A program made the translations under genes and the position numbers. From Nageia nagi (lineage: Eukaryota > Plantae > Pinophyta), in contig JBITNC010000001.1 of assembly GCA_050084985.1 (NCBI GenBank), forward strand, positions 140,120,001-140,184,000: a DNA stretch of 64,000 nt, written 5' to 3'. The notes beneath the pieces are model-generated. The model was not told where the DNA came from and made no database searches. It worked only from the letters and a program-made list of their open reading frames with translations. How positions within the stretch are numbered: the first letter of the stretch is position 1; each line of letters opens with the position of its first letter. Below, piece after piece: positions 1 to 12,551 of the stretch.

Positions 1-149
1 TAGTAATAGAAGGGTGCACCCCTTCATGAAACTATGTATATGCCCTCAAAATATATAGATAGTGCAAATTGGTTTAGAATATATATGGTGGTTCTTATTG
101 ATATGATCCTATGTAGCAATAAGAACCATGAGTGCTTTATGTTTGTGAA

Positions 150-620
150 AAAGGGAAATCGGATAGTAGCTCACTCATTCATTCTACAAAGTGTGGGCTT
201 ATGAGCAATGTATCAATGTAGCTCAAGCTTACTTATTGATTGTGACTTGATTAAAAATGCCCCCCTTATTTTGATGCTAAACTACTCAATGTATGTGGGT
301 GACATAAGGGATAGAGCAATTTTGCAGGCTACTCAACTTACTGGATAAGGATGATATTATTTGGGACTCTTACTTTGACCTATCTATCTAAGAGGAGTAG
401 GATGATGAGTTATCATGGATCATGACTCCTTGCATCATCCAAGGACAGAGGTAGGTGATGGAGTTTTACTAATCAGATATGGTACTATAGCAATTTAGCT
501 TGACATAGGATGTGCCTATGCCTAGGGTATGACTAACTATGGTCTGATATTATAAATATTGAACCATCCCACCTAAATTTTTAGCTGTGCCAACATGAGT
601 GTGAAATGGAAGGCATACAA
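150..620 (+). pseudogene. Decayed plant mobile domain (PMD, MAIN/aminotransferase-like) remnant, probably TE-borne
   Basis: Frameshifted fragments LQ/VWAYEQ (~184-210), LDKDDIIWDSY (~341-373) and PRV*..YG (~520-545) follow the order of PMD motifs LQxWAWEH, LxxxxVxWxPY and PxRVxRQFG. Confidence 0.55.
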
Positions 621-2299
621 GGACCATGCCACTAGAGTGCCAATTTTTCATCATCAGCACACCCTAAAGTATCGATGATGGTGGGACTCAATGAGGCTTG
701 TACCATTGGGCTAGGCAGAAGAGGAGGAGTCATGGGAGGAGGAGGATCCCATGGAAATTGAAGATCTACCACCACCTACTAAGGTGGTAGATCCTTCCTT
801 TCCTTCCACATTAGGAGTAATCACTTCCTTAGTTTATACTTCAGGTATACTTACAAAATCTCCAAGATAAAAGCTAAGAAATAGGGTGGGAGAGGGGGTA
901 GGTAGCCAAGTAACATCGATGTTGTTGATGTGGATCACTTGGGTTTTTCACATCATTATGTACGTAATCCATTCATTTCTTTTGGGGAAAGAAGAGGGTT
1001 TTGATTTACTTTCTAGTTTGTGAAGGAGATAACTTACTTTGGCATATTTACTTTGACATAGGATTGGAGGCTCAAATAGTAGTGCTACAGGTACATGTAT
1101 CTAGTCTATAGGTGTAGCTGATAGCTTGAGCTTAGCAAATAGGATCCCAATAGGATAGATAGTTATTGCAGTTTGGGTAGACACTAGGAGCTATTTTAGT
1201 TAGTAGGACAAGGTCTAGGAGTAGGAGTAGGACATGCATCCATGATGCATCTATTGGATAGAGTTCCCTTGGGGGAAACTAGCTATACTATGATATATGC
1301 TACGTACTTTTTGACACACATATATAGTGTGAGTTTTTTTTACCTTATTTATGACTTATGCGTATGTATTTACTTTATTGTAAAATGAACTTGATTAATT
1401 TTCTAGAGGCAATGAATTAACAAGCTAATGTAAATATTATAGATTAAATATATTAATGATCATCCATATGAGGAAATATATTAATATTTAATGAAGAAAA
1501 CATGCTCAATTTTGATGAGGAAAATATACTCAATTTTTAGAGAAACAAAAATAGTTATACTTGCAATAGCCAAAATGAAGTGGCAACATTGGAATCCATT
1601 AACGATGCTTAGGTAGAGAGGGAATAATTTATGCAAAAAAAAAAAATCATAAAGGGATTGGCCTAATTAGAATAAAAAAGGCCTAAAATCTAATAAACAA
1701 AAGAACACAAAGACCTAAACCTAAGTTCTCGTTCTTCAAATTCGAAAGTATTTGTCAAACAACTTAGATTTTTTTACCATACATGCATAATGTTTTTACA
1801 ACTCAAAGCATGAGTTTCAAAATTTGATCAATGAAACTTGCATGTTTTATGATTAGGAATGAAGCAACAATGCTAGAATCTAGAGTTATCACTCTATTAA
1901 ATCAAGAAAAAGATATACCATTTTTAACAAGCAAATTTTATGTTTGTAAGAAATAACAAAAATAAGCATAAAAAATGAAAATAAAAGGAAATAATTTATG
2001 AAATAATCCAAATACCATCAACATCAAAGATCGTACCTAGAACCAATGGTTGTTGTACTTATTGTTATGGTTCTATTTGAGGAATATTCACATTATTGAT
2101 TAGTAATTGCTTTCCATCATCGTTGAGTTCTACCTTCTTGAATTGAGGAAATGGATTGTTGAAAATCCTCAATTTTTTATCTTGGGGATGCACAGGTCCA
2201 TCTTGTACTACTTTAGCCCTATGTTTCTACAAAACTTCATCTAAAACTTCATGATCAAATTTAAACTTTCCTTTATCATGCAAGTCTTGGATTATATTT

Positions 2300-4340
2300 T
2301 GCAAATGATAATACTCTTTTGTAGCATGACCAACTCGTATATGGAAGTTACAAAAGAGGTGTGCTTGATATCTTGAAGGTTTAATTCAAGGGGGATATTC
2401 AATTGGTGGAATTTAGTATAGTGTCTACGTAACCTCCTAGGTTCCGAAACTTCAATATTATCATAGCTAACTCTAGCAAACATTTTAGCTTCAAGCTTGA
2501 TTTGGTGTTGGGTCTTTATAGGCTTTTCAATATTTTTTAAGAACTATGGTTTGCATCATATAGGCTAAAAGTTCATTGAAAGCCTTATGTGGGCCTTTTT
2601 ACTAATCATTTCATCTATTAACTTGTCATAAGGATAGTCCTAAAAATTGAAAAAGTCATTTTGATAGGATGGTAACAATGTTAAAAAAAGGACATGTTTC
2701 TTTTATTTATTAGGGATTTAAACTTGGTTAGCTAATTTAGACCATTCAATAATGAAATCACTAAGAAATTGACCTTATTTTTGTTTTAGGGTATACATGT
2801 CTAAGGGAGATGGTTCTTGGATGACAAATAGATTCTAACGATCCAGAAATGCCTTAACAATATCGTCAAAACATGTAATACTTTCATTAGGTAAATTAGT
2901 AAACCATAAGAATGATTTTGATTTCAAACTAAGAGGGAATAATTTAGCCAATAAATTATAATCATTATCAAATGAAATAACTTCTAAGTGATACCTTTGC
3001 AAATATATTCAAGGATCAAAATGACCATCAAACATTATAAAGGTTGCTTGTTTATCATACATTTTTGGCAGATGTGATAATAATAGGGCTTCTCACTACC
3101 TCTTGAAATCATGGGTGCAAATTTGTTGATGTAAACTATAATGGAGTCTTTTTATTACTTTATATATAGAAGATTTTGGAGTGGATCATATGGATCTACT
3201 TGCTATGATGGTTCACTAGTATATTTATTCTTGTCCTTAGCTAGTCTTGCAAATAAACTAAAAAATCAAACCTTCTCTTGCTCTAGAGTTCTTACAAGAT
3301 TATTCACCTTCTCCATTTTGCATTCAAGTGAAGCAAATTTGAAGTCTATATTGAGTTTTAGGAAACTCAATTCTCTATTTAAGATTGTGAATTCTTCATG
3401 TGACCATTTAGATCTTCTCCTCATACCAAATGGTATTGTTGGATCTAGCTCATCCATCCAAGCTTTAGGGATGATAGGTATGTTAGGAATATTATTCTAT
3501 AATATATCAACCAAGTAATCTTCATCAATTTTATCCTCCAGTTCTTTATCACATTTTGTAAATACCTACTAAAGGATGAGACATGAAATGAAAGTCCTAG
3601 GATCTTGAAGGTTTTGGATAGAATTTGGATTAGGTAATGGAGTGGTGGTGCTAGGTTCAACAACTTTGCTAGGTTCTACTTGTCTATCAAGTGAATGATT
3701 TTGGACTAAGAGTTTAGGAAAAACATTAGGTACAAAAAATTGTAGTGAAGAAACTTGCAATGGGTCAAAATATTTATAGGCTTATCTACAAGGAGTTAAG
3801 ATCATATCATATTGATTTTGTTGTATCATTTGCTTTTCTTTGATGTATTCAAGATTAGTGTCTAAGGTGGACCCTAAAAGATGTTTAAATTCAATATCTA
3901 CTTCTTGTAATGTTTGTACAAGGAAAGGAAGACATTCTTTTGTAGCTAACCATTTCCTACCCTATACAATAAACAAGATTTTGGTGAGTACCTCTAATGC
4001 ATTGGATGGGAGTTCATCATTTCCTGCTTGATTAGTGTCTGCATATTTTTTAGCTTAGTTACTACAATCCTCTAGAAAACTATCATATTCATTATTTATG
4101 TGTAGTCTATAGACTCTATCACTTTATCTTCTTGTTGCATTGCTATAGTTCTTTTGTTTCCTAGTCTTTTTAGGTTGTACAATAGGAAACTTAAGATTTT
4201 CATGATTTGAAGCAATGGATGTATCCATTTCTGAAACACTTGAAATGCAATATTAATCCTATCTAAAAATTGTAGGATTTTTGGCATAATTAGTAAAGGA
4301 TAAAGCAATATATTGAAAATAAGTTGGCTTCATCAATTAT
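2300..4340 (-). mobile_element. Ty3/gypsy (Tat/Ogre-like) gag remnant
   Basis: Minus strand ~3060-2780 translates as ATFIMFDGHFDP*IYLQRYH...LLAKLFPLSLKSKSFLWFTNLPNESITCFDDIVKAFLDR*, the Retrotrans_gag signature. Multiple stops. Confidence 0.75.
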
Positions 4341-4619
4341 TATAATTGAAATAATAATAATTAGGCTTATTTACAATAAAATTCAATTTAACTAATTAAT
4401 TGCAAAATAACAACAAATGATGATAATGACCTAATTGACCTTGACCTATAAAAATGGATTTATGAGAGATACAAACTTGGATCTTACCTATCATGATGAA
4501 CGAAGATGATATTCAATCAAAAGAGGATGAATGAAGAGCTTCCCCAACAAATGGATCCACATAGAAAGGAGGGATAAGGATCTATATCTCAGGTCAAGTT
4601 TTAATCTCTCATGGGTTAT

Positions 4620-5640
4620 TTTTAGATAGAAATTAGAAGATATTTTAACTCTTTTCTTGTCCTTATCCTTGGTATTAACATTACAAAATGATTTTGCAGA
4701 GTTGTGAACATTAGTAGATAGTAAAGTTTTTTCTCCCTCTTCATCAGATGAGTTTCTAAACTCATGAGTATTATCCTTTTGAATAGAAGAAAGTTGTTGA
4801 TTATCTATATTAGAAGTTTCCTTCTAAAAAGGAGATATAACCTCAAGTGGAGTCTGATATTTTGTTAGAGGAGGGCTTGAATGATGATTTGTGTAACTCT
4901 TTATCAAATTCCCATATTGATGGTACCCATAGTATCTAAGCATGAAGTTCTCATACTCAATGTTCTAAGTCTATGTTCACTAACTTGAGGAGAAGGTAAT
5001 AGATTTTTATCAAGGATTCAAAGCGTTCATCCAAACAACAATCCTTACATTTCATATGTTGATATTCTCCTCAACATTTTTTGTTGTATTCACTTCTATA
5101 GCTTCAAATTTACCAATTAGATTACCAATATTCCTAATAGCCTTAGGACTCCAAAATTCCATGGGTAAAGTGTATAAGCTTACTCAAATTGGGAATTCAT
5201 CAATATTTTCGATGAGGGGATTGAAATATTTTTTCCATTATCACACATACACCCCCTTTTTCCCAAAGAACCACACATCCTTCATATTTAACACAATGTC
5301 TATATCTACCAAATTTTGAAAGATGACCAAAAAGAAGTCTTGAGGTAGAAACATTATGCGAAACTTCCCAACCTTAATCAAATAATTTTCCATGAGCTCA
5401 TATAAGTCATCTAAGGATGATCGGTTACCTCTAACCTTACAAATTATAACATATATCTCCAAATCATGAACACACATTCCAACCTCATCATCCTTGATCT
5501 GAAAAGATAGAAGATCTATAGAGAATCGAATCAATTCCCTCTTCACACTAGTAGATTTCTCTCTACCAATCTCTTGAAGCACCTTCCTTAAACCTTCAAG
5601 GCTACATTATTCCTTTGCATTATGGAGCTCTAGGGTTTTT
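4620..5640 (-). mobile_element. L1-type LINE ORF1 remnant (DUF4283 plus decayed zinc knuckle)
   Basis: FFLVIFQNLVDIDIVLNMKDVWFFG then WKKYFNPLIENIDEFPI*VSLYTLPMEFWSPKAIRNIGNLIGKF. Downstream EYENFMLRYYGYHQYGNLIKSY is a CX2CX4HX4C knuckle with Cys>Tyr (G>A) decay. Confidence 0.8.
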
Positions 5641-5729
5641 TCACCTTTAATCTCTGTTACACGTATTTCATGCATCTCCTCCATTGTGCATTTAGTTTTT
5701 TTATTTATCTTTCCATTTTATAAGACATA

Positions 5730-6560
5730 GTTAACTAGATGATTAGTAAAAGGATTCTTTAAAATTCCCAAAGTTTAACTTGATGGTGATATTGGTGAGG
5801 GTGAATTACTATAATTATCATTATCAAATATAATAACCTTATTCTCAATGAGATCTCCAATATTAATATTTATATGTAAGCATCTTTGTATATCATTAGA
5901 TTATATAAACTCATTATCCTTATGTCAATATGAAGTATATCTAGAAGGATCAATATATTGAGTTTTATACTAATTATCCTATATTATATTTGTATTTTTT
6001 GAAACAAATTTCATTATTTTTCTCTTTATTTCTTAATAATTGGTAAATTGATTCCTTTTTGTGTATTGATAATTATATTTGAAAAAGAATAGGTCATTCC
6101 TAGTTTTCTCCCCATTTTCCTAATTTCATCATAAAGGTAAACTTTTTATTAGATGATTTTTAATTGGTTTTATAAGTCAAATAATCTACCTCTAATAACA
6201 TACTTTTTTGATTTAAAGTTTCATTTTTTTTTTCCAAAATAATTACTTCTATGAGAAGGTATGTGCTTCTTTAATTGTGAAAAGAAGCAATAATGAAATG
6301 CTTCATGAATATCTCTATTAGTATAATAATATTGAATCATGATTAACTTATTTATAAGGTTAGATTTTTTTTAAATGTTAATCTTGAAGTGATCCATAAA
6401 GAGGTCTACAAGGGAAGGAAAGTTAAAGATTTAAGTTTTTCTAGTAATTCATTAAAACATTCATGAGTAGGACTAAAGACTTCTTAGAAATATTTTTTCT
6501 TTAAGTTTATCATCATGTAAAAAGCTAATGATCAATACCCTAAATCATTAAATATTATGG
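5730..6560 (-). mobile_element. Highly decayed Ty3/gypsy gag C-terminal remnant
   Basis: Fragments DPSRY.., DIQRCLHININIGDLIENKVI and LGIFKNPFTNH resemble the CxxH..GH..C..L...IQDLI gag knuckle region of Tat-like elements. Confidence 0.45.
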
Positions 6561-6936
6561 TTTGAATCTTCCCTCCTTATAATAGTTAAATCTTTTTAGG
6601 TTTTAAGGCTAAAGGAGATGGGATGATTAAGGATAATTTGGATGAAGAGGACTTCATAAGGGGGAATAAGAATAATGTTATAAGTCAATATTCCTTATAT
6701 TTCAAATTTAATATTTAAGTTAATACATATATTTCTTATATGTAAGGAGAAAAAGTATTATAAATGGGATAAATACAACATAAGGAGAGAAAAATAATGA
6801 AAAATATAAAGGAGATATGTTATTTATGAATGGCATAGATTAAGTATTAAAAAGCAAGAGGTATTTAAATAATTATATATTTTTTATGAATTAATACAAT
6901 ATATTATTTATGAAGGAAAATAATAAAGAATAAGAA

Positions 6937-7185
6937 TTGTACCCTTAGGGGAAACCCAATTGGTTTAACCCTTGGCTCTCCCTTAGGAGGTTCAAGGTTC
7001 AAAACCTTGGGTAGTTATGTGTGGTGGAATAGTGACTAACTATCTAAAGATACATGTATCTCTCAACTTTATAAGGGGCATGGTTGGGAAGAGACTACAT
7101 AGCCTTATGCATCAATACTAGGCAGTGACACCACTCACTCCCCCATAGTTGTGGGCAGGGGCAAACCTTACTCATCTATAAAACT
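6937..7185 (+). mobile_element. tRNA-derived SINE with TSD
   Basis: Box A-like cccaattggttt (~6954-6966), box B ggttcaaaacc (6996-7006), ~250 bp GC-richer body and short A-rich tail. Flanked by taaagaataagaa (6924-6936) and taaagaataggaa (7186-7198), 12/13 identical. Confidence 0.65.
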
Positions 7186-8427
7186 TAAAGAATAGGAAAA
7201 AAAGGGCCAATAGGAATAAAAGGATGATTAGTTTTAGAAGTAAGCATGTCATAAATAGGATTATATATAATAAAGATCATATGAGGTTAATGAGAAGGGT
7301 TATCATCAATAACGTGATTGATCATGGCCTAATATTTGGGAATTAAATTGTATACATTAGAAAAAATTGGTTAAGAAATAAGATAAGTGTCATTAGGAAT
7401 GACACTATTCCTCCATAAAAAATAAAGGGATATTTTTTTAAGTAATAATAGTTCTTCAAAGAATTTTTGATATTGCAAAAGTTATTTATTGACAACTTCA
7501 TAGAGATCATAATTCTAGAAAACTTAAAAGTTAGGTTATGGATTGCTTTCTTGAGTAGCATTGCAAAGATAATTATCTTATTCATTATTATATTCATCAT
7601 TAATTTTAATGTAATAATATTATAATCATCATCAAAATGATTTTACTTGAGTTAATTATGAGATTCCATTTTTAGCTTTTAATCTAACACTTCTTTTGAG
7701 AGGAATAAAATATTTTTCATTTAGACCTTTAAACATAAATCACATAAGGGTTTATAAATAAGGATTTTTAATGAAAAATATATTTAAAATATTTACATTT
7801 TTATAAAGAATTCAACAAGTCAAGTCCATTAAACATGTATTATGTGAAATTAACTAATTAATTAAACCTAACCAATTAACATATTATACTATGATAAATA
7901 TAATTTTAAAAGATATAGAAAACAAATAACAAGGATGCATGAATAGATTAATGTTATTAACCTATTATATATAGTCTTACCTATATATCATTGTAGCAAT
8001 ATAAATATTTCTAAAAATTATTATTTACTAAGTTTTGACCTTTACATATGTTATTTTTTCCTGTAATGAATCTTTCTATACTTTTACCTTCTAAACATTT
8101 ATAAAATGGTAACTCAAGCTTGGCATTAACCCTTGTAGATGAGGGATCTATTTTGATGGGTAAATCTCTTTGATGGAAATCAAACCCTATCAATAGAAGA
8201 ACAATATTTAAAAGCCTTAAATAAGAGGAAAATACCATGTAACAAATCATTGTAGTACCAATATTATAGTATTAAATAATTTTAAAAGTATAATTGTGAT
8301 AAGCTAAAGATTAAATGATAACTTAAGAAGTAGATGAGAAATAATGAAGATTTGGTCTCCTTTAAATATATATTATATGGAATTTATTCATGGCATATGT
8401 ATTAGGTTGATTGGAATAAGTATTTTG

Positions 8428-8900
8428 TCTACTACATCAAAAAAGGCCTTTTAAGGTGGATTTAAATTGATCTTAAAGAACTTTAAAGGTGGTTATCAAA
8501 CTTATTGTCTATGAAGGCATTGCTAAAAAATCATGACAACATGACAATGATTAAAAATTGCCCTCTTAGGGACTTTTAGGGTGATTATAAATTCCCCTCT
8601 AGAAGGCATTGTAAAAACATCCTCAACATACCTAACATGGTTTATAAGGATAGTTTAGAACCACTCTCTTAGATTTTATTACAATGATTTATAATTTCCA
8701 TCTTAGGGGATAAATTAAGAAGACAAATTTTAATCATTGTAAAAAACCCTAAGAGGGTAGTTTAAAATCACACTTTTTTATTAATATTGGAGAGGTGGTT
8801 TTTATGGAACCAATAACCATTACAAAATTCATTAACCTAAATACATCATTTAAAACTTGTAAAAAATTATCAAAATCCCCACTAGGAATTACCTTTTCAT
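8428..8900. mobile_element. Small non-coding element with recurring internal motifs, possibly CACTA-derived; same family as 55350-55690
   Basis: Starts tactacatcaaaaaa (CACTA-like terminus). Repeated ccctct/taagaggg motifs. aaccctaagagggtagtttaaaatcac (~8746) closely matches aacctaagagggtggtttaaaaccatc (~55505). Confidence 0.45.
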
Positions 8901-8949
8901 CTATGATGAATCTAGCATCCATCATAAAGAAAAATATTTGAAAAAAATG

Positions 8950-9560
8950 GCCAACAAAAGTTTTACCATCCAAAAATCATGTTCAAAAAATCATAAACAA
9001 GGAGCTTCAACATAGGATAAGGTATACAACCAAAAGCTTGCTTTTCCTTATTATTATTATTATTATTATTCTAAATTATAATGATTGCAAGGTGCATATA
9101 TAATAGTTTTCATGAGGCATGTGTACTCTTTAAGAAAATGCAATAGAGAAACAAAATCTCATGGATCACAATCATCACATGATATGAACTAAAAAAGTAT
9201 GATTTGGAGTCCCTCAAGCATTTTCAAAAAATGTAATTGACTAGTTTCAAAAATGATTTTATAACCTTTACAAGTATTCTTTATATATGTACAACTTTTA
9301 CAGATTTAAAATAGGGCATATTGCACATTCATGGAAAAATAAATAGATGTGGATTTCTTTCATATGTAATTATGATAACAACCCTAATAAACATGTATTC
9401 AAATTATGGGATCATTAAGAAAGCAAGTGTTTTGTTTGAAAAGATACATAATAGATAAATAATTTCATAGAATACAATGATTGTAGGGAATGCTAGCTTT
9501 CATTGCTTGTAAAGGAAATGTAAAGTAAACCTTTTTGATGAAATGATAAGCTTTCCATTT
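8950..9560 (+). pseudogene. PLS-class pentatricopeptide repeat (PPR) pseudogene fragment
   Basis: EACVLFKKMQ*RNKISWITIIT*Y...ESLKHFQKM*LTSFKNDFITFTSILYICT and LHIHGKINRCGFLSYVIMITTLINMYSNYGIIKKASVLFEKIHNR*IIS*NTMIVG. Intronless, many stops. Confidence 0.85.
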
Positions 9561-10429
9561 TTTATATTATATATTTTAGTGTTTATTAGATGATTAGAAA
9601 TTACAAACACCACTATTTCTTTAATATTTTTAATGATCAAACAACATTGGGATTTTATTAATTGAAAATGTATCAAGTGGTGTAAATCAATTACCTATCT
9701 GAACAAGAGGAGACAAAGCCTATGAATAAGAAAAAAACACAAATTTTATACTTAGAAACCAACTATACCAACAAAAAGTTTCTATAAGTACTTGAGAGAA
9801 AAGAACCTACAATGCAAATTGATCCTAAATAATCACACTAAAGATCATTTTTTGCAAGAACCTATCAATGCAATAATACAATAAGAATCATCAGAGGTTA
9901 CAAGAATATTTTATTATGTGAGTACTCAGGAAAGAGTACATGCACTTGAAAGGAAAACTCAATTGTAAATGATTATATTTAATTATAGTGCTAAATGTTT
10001 ACTCTTATAAATTTGTTGCTTGCAAGTTGCAACTTAAGAAAATATTACTTATAAAAAAACTAATAAGAGAATCATAAATACATGCAAAAAATAATGTAAA
10101 TAATTCAAATTAACATTTTAATGGAAGTTTAAAATTGGGCTTAATTAGAAACGAAGAGAAGGAATAATGTGCACAACTTAGATTGTCAAATAAAGCTCAA
10201 ATGAAGGAATTTATCTTAGTTGATGTTAATATTAAATTTTTTATTAAAGTGGAATAAGGAAAGAATTTAGATTTATCATGATGAAATATGGAGGAAAATT
10301 CAAAAAACTTTACATGGACTTACAACCTATGCAACCGCAATTTCAATTTGCAATAGTCAACTGAGATACTAATATATCCATGTACTCTTCTATTGCAACT
10401 ATTGTTTAATAGATCCATATTATAGAAGA

Positions 10430-10770
10430 AGATCCAAAATAGTTATAATCAATGCAAAAATAACTTCTCTCATAAGTATAATAAATATAAATTGATCCAA
10501 AAAAAATCAAAATTAGAGCCAAAATATCTTCTCTTACAAGCCTAAGAAAGAGGAGATAAAAAAAATCAAAGCAAAATTCCTTTCTCTTGGAATTTTAAGA
10601 AAAAAAATATTTTTTTACAAGTTTGATAAAGATAATGAGACCCAAATTAAATAAAAAAAACCTCTTACAAGTTTAGTAAGGAGAAGAAAATCCAAAAAAG
10701 CAGAATCAAGATAAAAATCCTTCTCTCACAAGTCTAAGAATGTGAAGTAGCTAAAGTAAAAATCTTATTC
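10430..10770 (+). repeat. Degenerate tandem repeat, ~60-80 bp units
   Basis: Recurring ttctct(c/t)acaagt...aagaa motif at ~10465, 10530, 10615, 10661 and 10720. Confidence 0.45.
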
Positions 10771-11820
10771 AAAGAATGTTAGTAATGTTATATATGCATA
10801 TAATTATGCCAAATCATTATCAAATAAGGATCTATATGTTACTTTCCAAATAAAAGACATGATTTTCACTAAAAATGTTACAAGTTTCATAAGCATAATA
10901 AGGCTTTTATAAAAGAAAACGATGATTAAATAGAAGAGATAAGAAAATTATTATAAAATACTTTCAAGGGAATTAATAACTAAAATTAATCCATACAATA
11001 AGTTGATATTATAAGCATGAAATCCATAACATCATCATTTATTTTAAATTGCAACATATCCATAACAAGAAATATGATCGTTGAAAGATCCATACCTCAA
11101 AATTCATAATGTAACATGTTGACTAGTTTTTCTTGTTATGAAAAACCTAGTTTAACTTATGGGTCCAAAACCCTTCATTTTTTGAAGTGATCCTTAAATA
11201 TTAATGTTGCAAAACCTATGTAAGATAATATTAATGACTTGATTCATAGAATCATACTCCTCAATTGGCCCTCATCATATGAAGATCCATGATCATTTTG
11301 CTTATGAATATAAAATCTCACTTATTACATAATGATATATTATTACTTCAAGATTTAATCCAATCTTGCATCGCTTGCATAAGGCATCATCTAATTTTAT
11401 AACTCAATTTAAAACACTTGATGAAATTACAAAAGGATGCCTAACTTCATTATATTGATTTTGTAATCGACCTCATAAACAAAAATACAAACATTCCATG
11501 AATAAATGAAATTCTGATTTTCCTACAAAGATATAATAAATAGTCACAAAATTCTAATATTATTTATTGAATATACTTGAAAATATATCATAATAATTTT
11601 ACCAAATCATTTTCCCTAAATAACTAGAGTATGGAGAAATGATAAAAATACTTCAATTTATGCTAATCACACTTGAATACTGGAAGTAGTTAGAATAGTT
11701 ATGAATAAACTTTAAACATTTAATACTATAATATGAAACTCATTCATGTAGTAAAACATGCAAATCTTTGTAATAAATTTCCATCTTACAAAAAGTTTCA
11801 ATAATAGGTATTGATCTGCA

Positions 11821-12500
11821 TGATGCAAGATGTGTCGGGTTGGAATCACACTAGACAACATTAGATAGATGAGGTCCAACCTCCAATTTTACAAGTCGAT
11901 ACCTTGATGAACTACCCTCTCTAAGAACTTCAGTATCACATATAGAGTAGTAGATCATGTGAAGGAAACTTCCTCCTTGAAAAGTGAGTTATATTCTTAG
12001 ATTGAGCAAATGATCCCACCAAGCCCAAGAAAACCAAATCACAGATAAAGTGGAAAATCCCATTAGGATGCTACTTCATAGACAAAGACACAAATTGTAG
12101 GAATGGGTATTCATAGTTCAATTCTAATTTTTTGAGGTTGAAGCCCACTCCAATGGGCATGGAGTGACTTTCATTTGAGTTAAACAGATATAGGAAATAG
12201 AGAAAAAAGGCATTAGAAAGATTTTAGTACTCAGAGAAGCACATGGATACAAGAAAGAAAATAGGAAATAACAGGGCACAAGGCCAACCTAGGCTTCTTA
12301 TGGGTTATATTGGAACTATGGGGAGGAAACTCAACTCACAGCCATAGATTAACACAAAAATAAAATATATGTGGCAAGAGAGCAAGGTGCAATGACTACA
12401 AATGAATCAACCACCATCATCTAGCATGTAAGAGGAGTTCATCAAATCTAACCATTTAAACATCATAGAACATAAGCATTGAAATAAAATAAAAAATATG
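11821..12500. mobile_element. Probable LTR fragment
   Basis: Starts TGATGCA, GC-richer, non-coding. No TSD resolved. Confidence 0.3.
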
Positions 12501-12551
12501 AACAAACTCAATTTGTGGAAAAATAAGAATTTTTCCATTATTAAGGGAAAA

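Noticed and set aside
3141-3518. 125-aa ORF on the plus strand
   Set aside because: Antisense to the gag remnant, with no recognisable motif.
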